Part shown: positions 9,476-17,777 of the stretch, in pieces | Layout: each line of letters begins with the position of its first letter | Numbering within the stretch: position 1 is the first letter of the stretch | Virus record (IMG/VR): IMGVR_UViG_3300031132_000002 | Length of the DNA: 64,000 nucleotides | Origin: a virus | Strand: one strand, 5' to 3' | Notes under the pieces: generated by a model | Told to the model about the DNA's origin: nothing | The model's input: the letters and a program-made list of their open reading frames with translations, nothing else | Databases searched by the model: none | Translations under genes and position numbers: made by a program

Positions 9476-10072
9476 TTAGCGACGACGAGAAGAACTGAAA
9501 CTACGTGAACTGCTGCTTCGTGAAGAGAAGCTAGACGAGCTACGGCTAGGCTTGCTATAAGAGCGGGAGCTAGATGAGCTAGAAGAACGGCTAAAGCTAC
9601 TCGGTGCGCTCTTATAAGTGCTGCTAGATTTACCGCCACCAAACCAACCGCGAGTTGTCGTAGTACGTGTGGTTGTAGTCGGAGCGTTGCGGTTATAAGA
9701 ACTGCTGCTTGAATATGAACTACCACCACGATAGTTACCACCGTTGCTGTAGCTACTGCTATTATTGTGATTATTAATCACAGTAGTATTATTGCCACGA
9801 CCAGCATTAGACAGAAGATGACCAGTAAGTGCGCCAGCGGCGAAAGTTGCCAGACCGCTATCGTGATGACCACTACCTGCAACAACTATAGTAGAAGGCT
9901 GTTGCTGAACCACAACTGGATTATCTGCATAGCCGTCTCCGTCATAATCGTATTGCTGCTGCTGCTGGGGAGCAGGGACAACCACGGTACGGGTACGATG
10001 ATCGTCACAACCTGTAAGTGCTACGGTTGCCAGAAGAACAGTTGCTGCCAGAGTGATGATTGACTTTTTCAT
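9476..10072 (-). CDS. Lipoprotein with Ser/Arg-rich disordered tail
   Basis: Lipobox LTGC, AGALTGHLLS segment, TTRGWFGG, S/R-rich C-terminus. Confidence 0.75.
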   Translation of the reverse strand: MKKSIITLAATVLLATVALTGCDDHRTRTVVVPAPQQQQQYDYDGDGYADNPVVVQQQPSTIVVAGSGHHDSGLATFAAGALTGHLLSNAGRGNNTTVINNHNNSSSYSNGGNYRGGSSYSSSSSYNRNAPTTTTRTTTTRGWFGGGKSSSTYKSAPSSFSRSSSSSSSRSYSKPSRSSSSFSSRSSSSRSFSSSRRR

Positions 10073-10263
10073 AATTTATCCTCGCTTTAAGTTATTTAGA
10101 TTGTATTACTTCACACTTGCCAAAACAATGAGACTCACCTTTATTTGTGAACTCAATCTTACCACCGTTCAGAGCACAAATCAATACCGTTGCAATAATA
10201 ATCCATCCGATTGTTGATGCTACAAAGTCTATGACTGCAAAGACATATCCGAACCACTTCATA

Positions 10264-10629
10264 CTACACCTCCGCTACAGGTACGTCAACAAATACTTCA
10301 ACATCTTTTTCTTCATCCCAGAACATCAAACCGTTATCTGTTTCTGCGGTACTAAAAGAAGAAGTCCAATACTCGTGTAAGTGGATCTCCAAGATAAGCG
10401 TATCGTCTGCGTCGGTGACTAACTTATGGTAGCTTACGCGCTTTCTGACTTCACACTCGCCTTCACCGTCTCCATCACAAGCCACAATACCGGACGGGAT
10501 GTAAAGGTTATCTACAGTAGATGCAACAATCTTGATGCCAGGATGAGCAGCCTTCAAGCCTGTTATTGCATCGGATAAATGACGACAGAATAGATAGTTT
10601 TCTAGGAAGTCTTCGTTAGAATATACCAT
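10264..10629 (-). CDS. Hypothetical protein
   Basis: ORF, TAATG coupling. Confidence 0.6.
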   Translation of the reverse strand: MVYSNEDFLENYLFCRHLSDAITGLKAAHPGIKIVASTVDNLYIPSGIVACDGDGEGECEVRKRVSYHKLVTDADDTLILEIHLHEYWTSSFSTAETDNGLMFWDEEKDVEVFVDVPVAEV

Positions 10630-10826
10630 TACTTTTCTCCTTGTGGAATGCAATCACTGAATTCAATAACATATCCGTGCTTCTGACCGTCTCGGTTCTC
10701 TGCTTGCATAGCAAACTTAGCTATTTCAGTTTGACACGTTTGATAGGACAGGTCAGGAACAACTACCTGATTCCAACCACCGTTACTATTATAAAGCATA
10801 CTCGTTATCAGCACTAAAGTAAACAT
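10629..10826 (-). CDS. Small exported protein
   Basis: Hydrophobic N-terminus, two Cys. Confidence 0.55.
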   Translation of the reverse strand: MFTLVLITSMLYNSNGGWNQVVVPDLSYQTCQTEIAKFAMQAENRDGQKHGYVIEFSDCIPQGEK

Positions 10827-11040
10827 ATTATCTCCCCTCTCTTATTGATAATGCCATTAGCGCGATTGCTGCCGATGGCAGGAATATAAACACTGTACAG
10901 CATAGAAATAAAATAATCAAGCTCTTGTCCTATAAAAGTTTTTTGATAATTGACACTATGAAACATATTGCCAACACCGGAAGAACCAAGAGTACGATAC
11001 CTAAGGCAAACATTGCAAACATTATTTTCTCCTTTAACGA

Positions 11041-11062
11041 AAAAGCCTCCCGAAGGAGGCTC
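11041..11062 (-). terminator. Intrinsic terminator
   Basis: GCCUCC-UUCG-GGAGGC followed by U run. Confidence 0.75.
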
Positions 11063-11067
11063 TATTT

Positions 11068-12132
11068 TTATTCAGTTGCTTCTTCTAAAGCTTCTTTCTT
11101 GTTGAGTACGTGGCTGTGGTAAACCGCTGCACCCAGGAAAGCTACGCCAATCAGACCAGTTACTACTTCCGGCACTTCGAACACAAAGTTCAGAAGCATA
11201 ATCACTGCCAGGCACAGGATAGCGAAGAAAGCTCCGTTCTCCATATAGCGGTATTCACCCATATGTCCAGACTCAAGTACGTGGAGAGTCATAGAACGTA
11301 CAAACAGTGCGCCAATGCCCAGACCAATCATAATCACCAAGAAGTACTGTGTGATAGCGAATGCTGCAATCAGTCCATCAAAACTCATAGATGCATCCAG
11401 AATCTCCAGGTAGATAAAGCCAGCCAGACCTGATTTAACCGCCATTCCTGTAACTTTAGCCATTGCTTCATCTTTCGCTTCAAGCCACTCAGACAGTAAG
11501 TGGATACCCAGGAACAGCAGGACACCTACTGCACCAGAAGCTAGGAACGGTACACGTTCTGCTTGTTCTGCACCAAAACTTGCTGCAATCAGTGCTACTA
11601 AAGTAATACCAACCTGTACTGTAAGACTACCGCCCATCTTAGCTAAAGGTTTTTCAATCCAACCCAACCAGTGATTATCTTTCTCATCATCCAGGAAGAA
11701 GCCCAGAGCCACCATTAACAGGAATGCACCACCAAAACTCGCTACCAGATGATGACTAGACTGTAACACCTCTGCATACTGCTTAGGGTCATTGAAGCCT
11801 AACCATACTGCGTGCCAAGGTGTCATTTCACCCAGACCAGCCACAATCAGAATCGGAAGCACCAGCCGCATACCAAATACCGCAATCAACATACCCCAGG
11901 TAAGAAAACGCTTTTTCCAAACCTCATCCATATCTGCCAGTTTCTTTGCGTTCAGTACTGCATTATCTGCTGAGAGAGAAACCTCAAGAACAGACAGAAT
12001 CATCACCGCCACCAAACCTTCAATCAATCCGGTAATAGTACCCGTCTCTGCGAATCCGATGTAACCGCCGAGTGCGATACCGATACCCCAAAGGATTGTT
12101 GGGATCTTATAGTATTTCATAAATGTGTTCAT
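11068..12132 (-). CDS. TerC-like integral membrane protein (DUF475/YkoY type)
   Basis: LEVSLSADNAVLNA, FLTWGMLIAVFGMRL, LEILDASMSFDG, IGALFVRSMT; about 9 TM segments. Confidence 0.9.
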   Translation of the reverse strand: MNTFMKYYKIPTILWGIGIALGGYIGFAETGTITGLIEGLVAVMILSVLEVSLSADNAVLNAKKLADMDEVWKKRFLTWGMLIAVFGMRLVLPILIVAGLGEMTPWHAVWLGFNDPKQYAEVLQSSHHLVASFGGAFLLMVALGFFLDDEKDNHWLGWIEKPLAKMGGSLTVQVGITLVALIAASFGAEQAERVPFLASGAVGVLLFLGIHLLSEWLEAKDEAMAKVTGMAVKSGLAGFIYLEILDASMSFDGLIAAFAITQYFLVIMIGLGIGALFVRSMTLHVLESGHMGEYRYMENGAFFAILCLAVIMLLNFVFEVPEVVTGLIGVAFLGAAVYHSHVLNKKEALEEATE

Positions 12133-12229
12133 TTGTTTCTCCTCTAATTAGCTAGCAACCTATTTGCTAACTCTCTCGTCTTGATGTGATACATCTTACC
12201 AGAATCTTTTTACTCGTCAATCTTTATTT

Positions 12230-12463
12230 TCAATCTTTATCAAAGTTTTGCACTTGGCTTGCTGGTAGACATTGGGAGGTGATGTTACTACCTCCATCGA
12301 ACACCCAACACATTACACCGTGTGTTTTATCTTTTACAACTAAAACATCAGCCTTTGTAAAACCGCCGCTGTAAACCTTTTCTTGCTGAATATCAGCAGC
12401 GTGTGCAATAGCGCCTAAGCCACACAGGAAAACAAACAATGCTACTTTAAGTATAATCTTCAT
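12230..12463 (-). CDS. Small secreted protein
   Basis: Signal peptide ending AHA; two Cys. Confidence 0.6.
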   Translation of the reverse strand: MKIILKVALFVFLCGLGAIAHAADIQQEKVYSGGFTKADVLVVKDKTHGVMCWVFDGGSNITSQCLPASQVQNFDKD

Positions 12464-12533
12464 AAAATACCCTCCAGAAAGAGGACGGCGAACAGGAATA
12501 CTATAACAATCAGCACCATACGCCGTTCCTTAT

Positions 12534-12890
12534 TTAAAGTGTTTCGATCTTATAGAAGTTGAAAACCGAATCTTCTACTTCTTGGAAGTGAAGTCGCATA
12601 ATGCCTTTGTTATTGGCACATTCAACATCATAGAAACCGTCACCGACATTTACACATTGCATAGCTTGGGCAACCATACCTTCACTGAGGATACGATTCA
12701 GAGCGTCAATGGTGTCTTCGTGAGTGACACCCTCCTGACCTTCGTAGAAGTATGCACGGTTATCCTCTCGGATAATACTAAGGATGGTTTTTCCACCGAC
12801 AGTGAAGTGTCCAACATAGTCAAACTTAATCTGTTTGTCACCGACTTCCACCATAAGCTGATAGTCTGCGTTAGGTACTAATTGTTCCAT
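12534..12890 (-). CDS. Hypothetical protein
   Basis: ORF with SD AGGAGG and own promoter. Confidence 0.65.
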   Translation of the reverse strand: MEQLVPNADYQLMVEVGDKQIKFDYVGHFTVGGKTILSIIREDNRAYFYEGQEGVTHEDTIDALNRILSEGMVAQAMQCVNVGDGFYDVECANNKGIMRLHFQEVEDSVFNFYKIETL

Positions 12891-12912
12891 ACTTCCTCCT
12901 TGTTTCTTTGAT

Positions 12913-12946
12913 GAGGGAAGGATAACACATCCTCCCTCTTTGTCAA
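12913..12946 (-). promoter_or_regulatory. Sigma70-like promoter with -10 inside a hairpin
   Basis: TTGACA-16-TATCCT; GAGGGAGGAT...ATCCTTCCCTC. Confidence 0.6.
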
Positions 12947-13153
12947 TCAGTTTTTCTTGAAGATGCTACGTGCAATTACCATAAGAATAGCAACACAGAT
13001 GACGTTACCCCAACTCAGAGCAAGTACGTGCCAATCAAACTGAACTGCGACATAATCATACGCCCAAATCAGCAGGAAGCTGGGGATCAGCATAATCAAG
13101 AATGAAATAAAAATAAATACCAAGAATACAAAGATAGCCACAATAGCTTCCAT
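12947..13153 (-). CDS. Small membrane protein (2 TM)
   Basis: Hydrophobic ORF with SD. Confidence 0.6.
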   Translation of the reverse strand: MEAIVAIFVFLVFIFISFLIMLIPSFLLIWAYDYVAVQFDWHVLALSWGNVICVAILMVIARSIFKKN

Positions 13154-13163
13154 TTATATCTCC

Positions 13164-13418
13164 TTATGTTGTAATTGGGATGGTGAACTCACCGATCATA
13201 TTGCCAGGAGGTGTATCTTTAAACAGAGGGCTGTTGAACAGTTTAAGCTGGTCTTCTTTCCACTCAGATACATCTACTGCTTTCAGGAAGGCGTCTAAAC
13301 TAATAACGCCAGCTTCTTCCGTTTCTCCGACATAAAATCCTGTCTGGTTTTCACCATCACTCACCAGGACTGTTACATCATCATACGGGAACTTTGTCAC
13401 TGTAAATACTTTTGCCAC
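13164..13418 (-). CDS. Hypothetical protein
   Basis: GTG start with SD GGAGG. Confidence 0.6.
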   Translation of the reverse strand: MAKVFTVTKFPYDDVTVLVSDGENQTGFYVGETEEAGVISLDAFLKAVDVSEWKEDQLKLFNSPLFKDTPPGNMIGEFTIPITT

Positions 13419-13419
13419 A

Positions 13420-13953
13420 TTACCTCCGTAATAGTGCGTCTTGCGCTTCTTTCGATAGGGAGAATACTACTACACGGTTATCCGTAAGGCAAACAGTTTC
13501 TTCGATCATTGCCTCAATGATTCTCCATTTGGCTCCAGCCAACCCACAACCTAGAGCGGGTAGTCCTATGTTTAGGTCTTCTGCTCCCCAATCAACTAGC
13601 TTAAAGGCCATTCCCTCTAGTGCGTTGTAGATCGCATCATAGTCCAGGTCACGTTGTCCTAGCTGACGTTTGGTGAAGCCATATTGACCGTATAGATTGA
13701 AAACATCAGGACAATTATATCCTAAAAGATCGTAATCTTCTGGTTCAGCGATACCTAAGCTGAAAGTACCTAGCTTTTCCCTGTCACCTCGGACTGTTTG
13801 CTTATCTGCTTCTGCTGCATAAGGGAATGCCTTCACGATTTGAGGGGCAATACCCGATTTCATAGTATTCATACAGTTAGCACAATGTGCGATCACTTGG
13901 ACGTTGCCTTTCTTACCTTGATCAATCAGATTTCCAATTTGATAATCAATCAT
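13420..13953 (-). CDS. Macrodomain (ADP-ribose processing) protein
   Basis: GNLI, IAHCANCMNTMKSGIA, NLYGQ, LPALGCGLAGAKW. Confidence 0.9.
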   Translation of the reverse strand: MIDYQIGNLIDQGKKGNVQVIAHCANCMNTMKSGIAPQIVKAFPYAAEADKQTVRGDREKLGTFSLGIAEPEDYDLLGYNCPDVFNLYGQYGFTKRQLGQRDLDYDAIYNALEGMAFKLVDWGAEDLNIGLPALGCGLAGAKWRIIEAMIEETVCLTDNRVVVFSLSKEAQDALLRR

Positions 13954-14131
13954 ACCAGCCCGTCCTGTTGTCCAAGAAACGCTCATACGGCATACTAGAT
14001 CGGTACATACTGAAACCTTTTATACGCCTACGCATATTGAAGTCCAGTTTATGTTTGCTAGGGCCATTCCCCAACATAACGCGAAAGGCTAAGCGGTTTA
14101 TACGCCTATTCTCTATTGCTCTTAATCTCAT
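13946..14131 (-). CDS. Small basic hypothetical protein
   Basis: Arg-rich ORF, operon packing. Confidence 0.5.
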   Translation of the reverse strand: MRLRAIENRRINRLAFRVMLGNGPSKHKLDFNMRRRIKGFSMYRSSMPYERFLDNRTGWYD

Positions 14132-14326
14132 TTACCCTCCTGTTGACACAGTTATGGGGCCATAATGAATTCCTACCCATATCATTAAAAGTCCCAAGCA
14201 CATTGGCAGAACAAATACAAAACCTACGTGTTGTAATTTACTGACAAAATATGCTACGAAAGTAGACCAAAGAAATATCACTAGGCCCAGAGCCACAAGT
14301 ATAATCTCACCAAAGACTGCCATCAT
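14132..14326 (-). CDS. Small membrane protein (2 TM)
   Basis: Hydrophobic ORF. Confidence 0.55.
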   Translation of the reverse strand: MMAVFGEIILVALGLVIFLWSTFVAYFVSKLQHVGFVFVLPMCLGLLMIWVGIHYGPITVSTGG

Positions 14327-14643
14327 TTACCTGCCCACTTTTCGCACTTTTTATCGATAGTTTCTTCCAGCATAACTGAGAGAATATTTGCCAAACTTTG
14401 GTCGTCAAGTTCTGAGTAGGTATGTTGTGTCTTAAGATACTGGAACGCCAGATCAACTACACAAATGATTACATCCGAGCACTCTCCGAGTAATCCCTCT
14501 TTCCGCTTCTGAGGGTTAAGCAGCCAATCGGCTACTTCCCCTGATTCAGAACTTAGGTAAAGGGCAATATCTTTCAGAGAGCGTCCGTCTTTTTTCTCAA
14601 CACTTGTTTCAATAATGCTAGATAAGTCCAGACGCATAAACAT
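14323..14643 (-). CDS. MazG-like nucleotide pyrophosphohydrolase
   Basis: SESGEVA...ECSDVI motif, K..KW end. Confidence 0.75.
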   Translation of the reverse strand: MFMRLDLSSIIETSVEKKDGRSLKDIALYLSSESGEVADWLLNPQKRKEGLLGECSDVIICVVDLAFQYLKTQHTYSELDDQSLANILSVMLEETIDKKCEKWAGK

Positions 14644-15203
14644 TAAGCCTCCCAGATGTACTTAGTTGCAGATACAGAAGTTTTATTGGTTTTGACTTCC
14701 CAATGCTTTTCCTGATTTTGGATATGGATACGGTCATTAGGAGTAACCAATTCCAGATGAATCACACCTTCCAGTTTGGTAGTCTTAACGGTCTCAAATC
14801 CTTCGCCAGAAGCCACAGGCTGAGAGATAAACACTGTGTCCATACCTATGACAGCTACGGAAGCAACGTTCGTCAGTTCGTACTGAGCGCCGTTCTCGTA
14901 GGTAATCAAGATATCAGTCTTTTTACGGACAGGTGGCTTCTGCTTAGGACGACGAACATTTTTAGTTTTCTTAGCATAGTGCGCACGGGCAAAGGTAGGG
15001 ATGTGCTTACCTTCTGGTGTTGTAGAGGTGTCTAGGATAAAGCGATCCCTCTTAGCCCCACCCACATAACCCTCATCAGTCATTACGTAAAACAGGCTAT
15101 CACACTGTTCAACGATAGTGTACGACTTACCTTCGGTCAGCCACTGCTCCATACCACTAACCATAACAGCCACTACATTCTTACCACGCATATCATTTTT
15201 CAT
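14643..15203 (-). CDS. Hypothetical protein, modular paralog family
   Basis: LTEGKSY N-domain, basic linker, ILITYENGAQY C-domain. Confidence 0.65.
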   Translation of the reverse strand: MKNDMRGKNVVAVMVSGMEQWLTEGKSYTIVEQCDSLFYVMTDEGYVGGAKRDRFILDTSTTPEGKHIPTFARAHYAKKTKNVRRPKQKPPVRKKTDILITYENGAQYELTNVASVAVIGMDTVFISQPVASGEGFETVKTTKLEGVIHLELVTPNDRIHIQNQEKHWEVKTNKTSVSATKYIWEA

Positions 15204-15465
15204 CTTTTATCTCCCATCGTTTTTTATAGATATCTTCAATCTCGAAATAATACCCTAAGTGAGTATCAATGTCAATATCAGATCCGGTATTTTTACAACT
15301 ATCCAACAGCATCTTATAAACCGCCAACATCTGAAATCCTCCCGTTAAGAGGAATTCTTCGTGCTTAAAGTCTGGATTCTCCAGCAACTGCTTATAGTTA
15401 CTGCCAACCATACGTATGATGCAACCTATATCTTGGTGCATCCATCGCAAATATTGTTCGTGCAT
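15193..15465 (-). CDS. Hypothetical protein
   Basis: ORF with SD GAGGAG. Confidence 0.6.
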   Translation of the reverse strand: MHEQYLRWMHQDIGCIIRMVGSNYKQLLENPDFKHEEFLLTGGFQMLAVYKMLLDSCKNTGSDIDIDTHLGYYFEIEDIYKKRWEIKDEK

Positions 15466-15475
15466 TACTCCCTCA

Positions 15476-15495
15476 AAAGGGGCCGAAGCCCCTTA
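15476..15495 (-). terminator. Intrinsic terminator
   Basis: AAGGGGC-UUCG-GCCCCUUUU. Confidence 0.75.
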
Positions 15496-15500
15496 TTGTA

Positions 15501-16358
15501 TTAGAAACGTAGTTCGAACATCTTACTGTTCATAATGGTGCGGTCTTGGGCATACACCATCCACTGACCATCCAGGAAATAATCCTGATACACTTCTTCA
15601 ACTCCTTTCGGAGATTCTAGCATAACACTGCGTACCAGCTTAGCATCGATCTTATTCAGTACTCGCTGAGAGATACCTTTTTCGACTTTCTTCTCTGTGA
15701 TGATAGAGAAAATACCATCCACTAGAGATACATTCTTAACACTACGGAAGGTGAAAGAGTCACCATTCTTGTAGCGCAGCGTAGCCGATGTAGTGGTTTT
15801 CTTAGGAGGTGCCTTACGTTTCCGACGAACACGAGGAACTCGTGGTTTCTCTTCTTTTGCTACAGATGCGATTGGATCTTGATCTACGCCTACTTTATCC
15901 AAGAATGCAGCCAAGAAATCCGCACCAGACACTTCAAAAAGATCGGTATTTGGTTTATGCATCTGGACATTACCACTATCCACACCGTTCATACCTTCAC
16001 GCTCATCAAAGAATATTGCGTGTTTGTGTTCCAGTGAAGGGTTAATAAGAGCAGTATACTCTTGAGCACTTTCCCAAGATTTGTAGCCAGCAATAATACC
16101 TGCTTGGATCAGCGGGGCCACAACACTTTTATTCTCTTTGTAGTTGAAGAACATTTGTTCAATGTCGATCTCCAGCATAACAAATTGCCAAACAATTCCG
16201 TTCAATGGAACTTCAATATTATGTCCAATCTCTGAGGCTACCAGGTACGTGTTACAGTTGAGGCGGATGTTAAACTGACCTGCACCTAATACACGATATA
16301 TTCTACCTTCGATAAAAGAAGATGGTGAACCGGTAGCAGTACATTTTAAGAATTTCAT
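15501..16358 (-). CDS. Hypothetical protein, modular paralog family
   Basis: FIEGRIY N-domain, RVPRVRRKRK linker, ATLRYKNGDSF C-domain; start re-called at MKFLKC. Confidence 0.7.
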   Translation of the reverse strand: MKFLKCTATGSPSSFIEGRIYRVLGAGQFNIRLNCNTYLVASEIGHNIEVPLNGIVWQFVMLEIDIEQMFFNYKENKSVVAPLIQAGIIAGYKSWESAQEYTALINPSLEHKHAIFFDEREGMNGVDSGNVQMHKPNTDLFEVSGADFLAAFLDKVGVDQDPIASVAKEEKPRVPRVRRKRKAPPKKTTTSATLRYKNGDSFTFRSVKNVSLVDGIFSIITEKKVEKGISQRVLNKIDAKLVRSVMLESPKGVEEVYQDYFLDGQWMVYAQDRTIMNSKMFELRF

Positions 16359-16368
16359 ATTTCTCTCC

Positions 16369-16806
16369 TTATTTGAGGGAAGCTGTAGCCAGAGATGAAG
16401 CAAGTTTACCATCGAAAGCACCGACATAGTTTTCACGAAGATGTTTCATAAAGTCAGGCATCTTTTTACCTTCTGCCTTAAACTCAGCAATCATCTCCAC
16501 GAGATCTTCTTCTGTTAACTGTTCCGGCATATAGCCTTCCAGAATGCGCACATCGCGTTCTGATGCCTCTCGGCGCTTAGCGTCATCAAGTTTACGGTAG
16601 GTTTCTGCTGCACCCTTAGCATCGCTTAGAGCAGCCTTGAGGACGGGCAGAAGAATATCGTTATCCGTCTTAGCCAGGTTTGCTTTATTGGACTTAGCCA
16701 GGTCAAATGCACCTAACAGGTTTGTCAGTGTTGCGAAACGTGCGTGGTCTTTGTCAAAACGCGCACAAATACGATCTGCTTTGATAATGCTTACTGTGTC
16801 TTTCAT
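16369..16806 (-). CDS. GatB/YqeY domain protein
   Basis: ILEGYMPEQLTEEDL..., FDGKLAS; 145 aa. Confidence 0.8.
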   Translation of the reverse strand: MKDTVSIIKADRICARFDKDHARFATLTNLLGAFDLAKSNKANLAKTDNDILLPVLKAALSDAKGAAETYRKLDDAKRREASERDVRILEGYMPEQLTEEDLVEMIAEFKAEGKKMPDFMKHLRENYVGAFDGKLASSLATASLK

Positions 16807-16855
16807 ATGATCTCCTCTTTATTTTTGTTAATCTTGCCTGTTATGGTTTAACAAG

Positions 16856-17308
16856 TCAAGCGTTAATTTGTGTTTCCAGATAACGAATATAGCGGGATGC
16901 TTTTTCCATCAGGTCATATTCTTCCCCGTCACAGCCTTCCTGAGCGGCTAATGCAGACAATGCATAAGCAATATCTACTTCCCGCCCTTGGAAGTGTCCC
17001 ATATGGACTTTCCCCAGAGGTTCCTCTTTTAATGGTCGCTCTTTCAGGGGCTTAAGCGATAGTTCTCCTGCTTCATCTAATGCAACGAGACACCAGAACC
17101 AAGATTCGCCGCCATCGTGAAGAGGATATTCAACGTCAAAAATCTTATCCGTTGACAGGCAGCGGAGGCGAGTCACGCCTGGATATAGGCCATCACGATT
17201 TTCTACCTTTAGGATCTGAAACGCAAAGCCTGTCTTAATCTCAGGCCATTGTGCAATAGTTTCTTCATCGTCGTTTAAAACCGTATAGCATTTTCCAATA
17301 TAGCTCAT
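16856..17308 (-). CDS. Hypothetical protein
   Basis: ORF with SD and own promoter. Confidence 0.65.
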   Translation of the reverse strand: MSYIGKCYTVLNDDEETIAQWPEIKTGFAFQILKVENRDGLYPGVTRLRCLSTDKIFDVEYPLHDGGESWFWCLVALDEAGELSLKPLKERPLKEEPLGKVHMGHFQGREVDIAYALSALAAQEGCDGEEYDLMEKASRYIRYLETQINA

Positions 17309-17327
17309 AGTCCCTCCTCGTTAAGTT

Positions 17328-17362
17328 AGGAGCATCTTACGACACTCCTTAGATAACGTCAA
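17328..17362 (-). promoter_or_regulatory. Sigma70-like promoter with -10 inside a hairpin
   Basis: TTGACG-17-TAAGAT; AGGAGTGTC-GTAA-GATGCTCCT. Confidence 0.7.
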
Positions 17363-17520
17363 TCTTTCTTTTTCAATGAAGCGAGGATCTTTTCAACCTC
17401 GTGTTCTGCCCAAGTGAAGCCTTTCTCAGATAACCAGTTAACAGCTTTCTGAATAGCTTCTTGGGTGTGGGGATCGTGAAGTTCTTTCTCTGCCCAAGCA
17501 ATAAGTGCGCTCTTATCCAT
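17359..17520 (-). CDS. Hypothetical 53-aa protein
   Basis: Own translation MDKSALIAWAEKEL...; TAATG coupling. Confidence 0.55.
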   Translation of the reverse strand: MDKSALIAWAEKELHDPHTQEAIQKAVNWLSEKGFTWAEHEVEKILASLKKKD

Positions 17521-17777
17521 TATCGTGCTCCTACTGGATAAACCATATTAGGTCTGCCAGTATATTTATCGAACATAGAAGGTGCCACCACCTCCTCAAT
17601 ATACCTTACACCATACAGGGTAAGGGTGCGTTTACCCTTCAAATGTTCGGGTTCAGGTTCCTGCGTCTGTGATGCAGTCCATTGAATGTTCTCACTTGCT
17701 GCCTTTACAAGCAATTGAAAGGCTACAGCAGGAAGATAAATCTCTCGGACTTCATATTTACCTGTTGAAATGTACAA
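17520..17777 (-). CDS. Hypothetical protein
   Basis: TTG start with SD GGAGG. Confidence 0.55.
   Translation of the reverse strand: MYISTGKYEVREIYLPAVAFQLLVKAASENIQWTASQTQEPEPEHLKGKRTLTLYGVRYIEEVVAPSMFDKYTGRPNMVYPVGAR

Noticed and set aside
9466-9741. Hydrophobic 91-aa alternate-frame ORF inside the lipoprotein gene
   Set aside because: By-product of the Ser/Arg codon repeats; no SD seen
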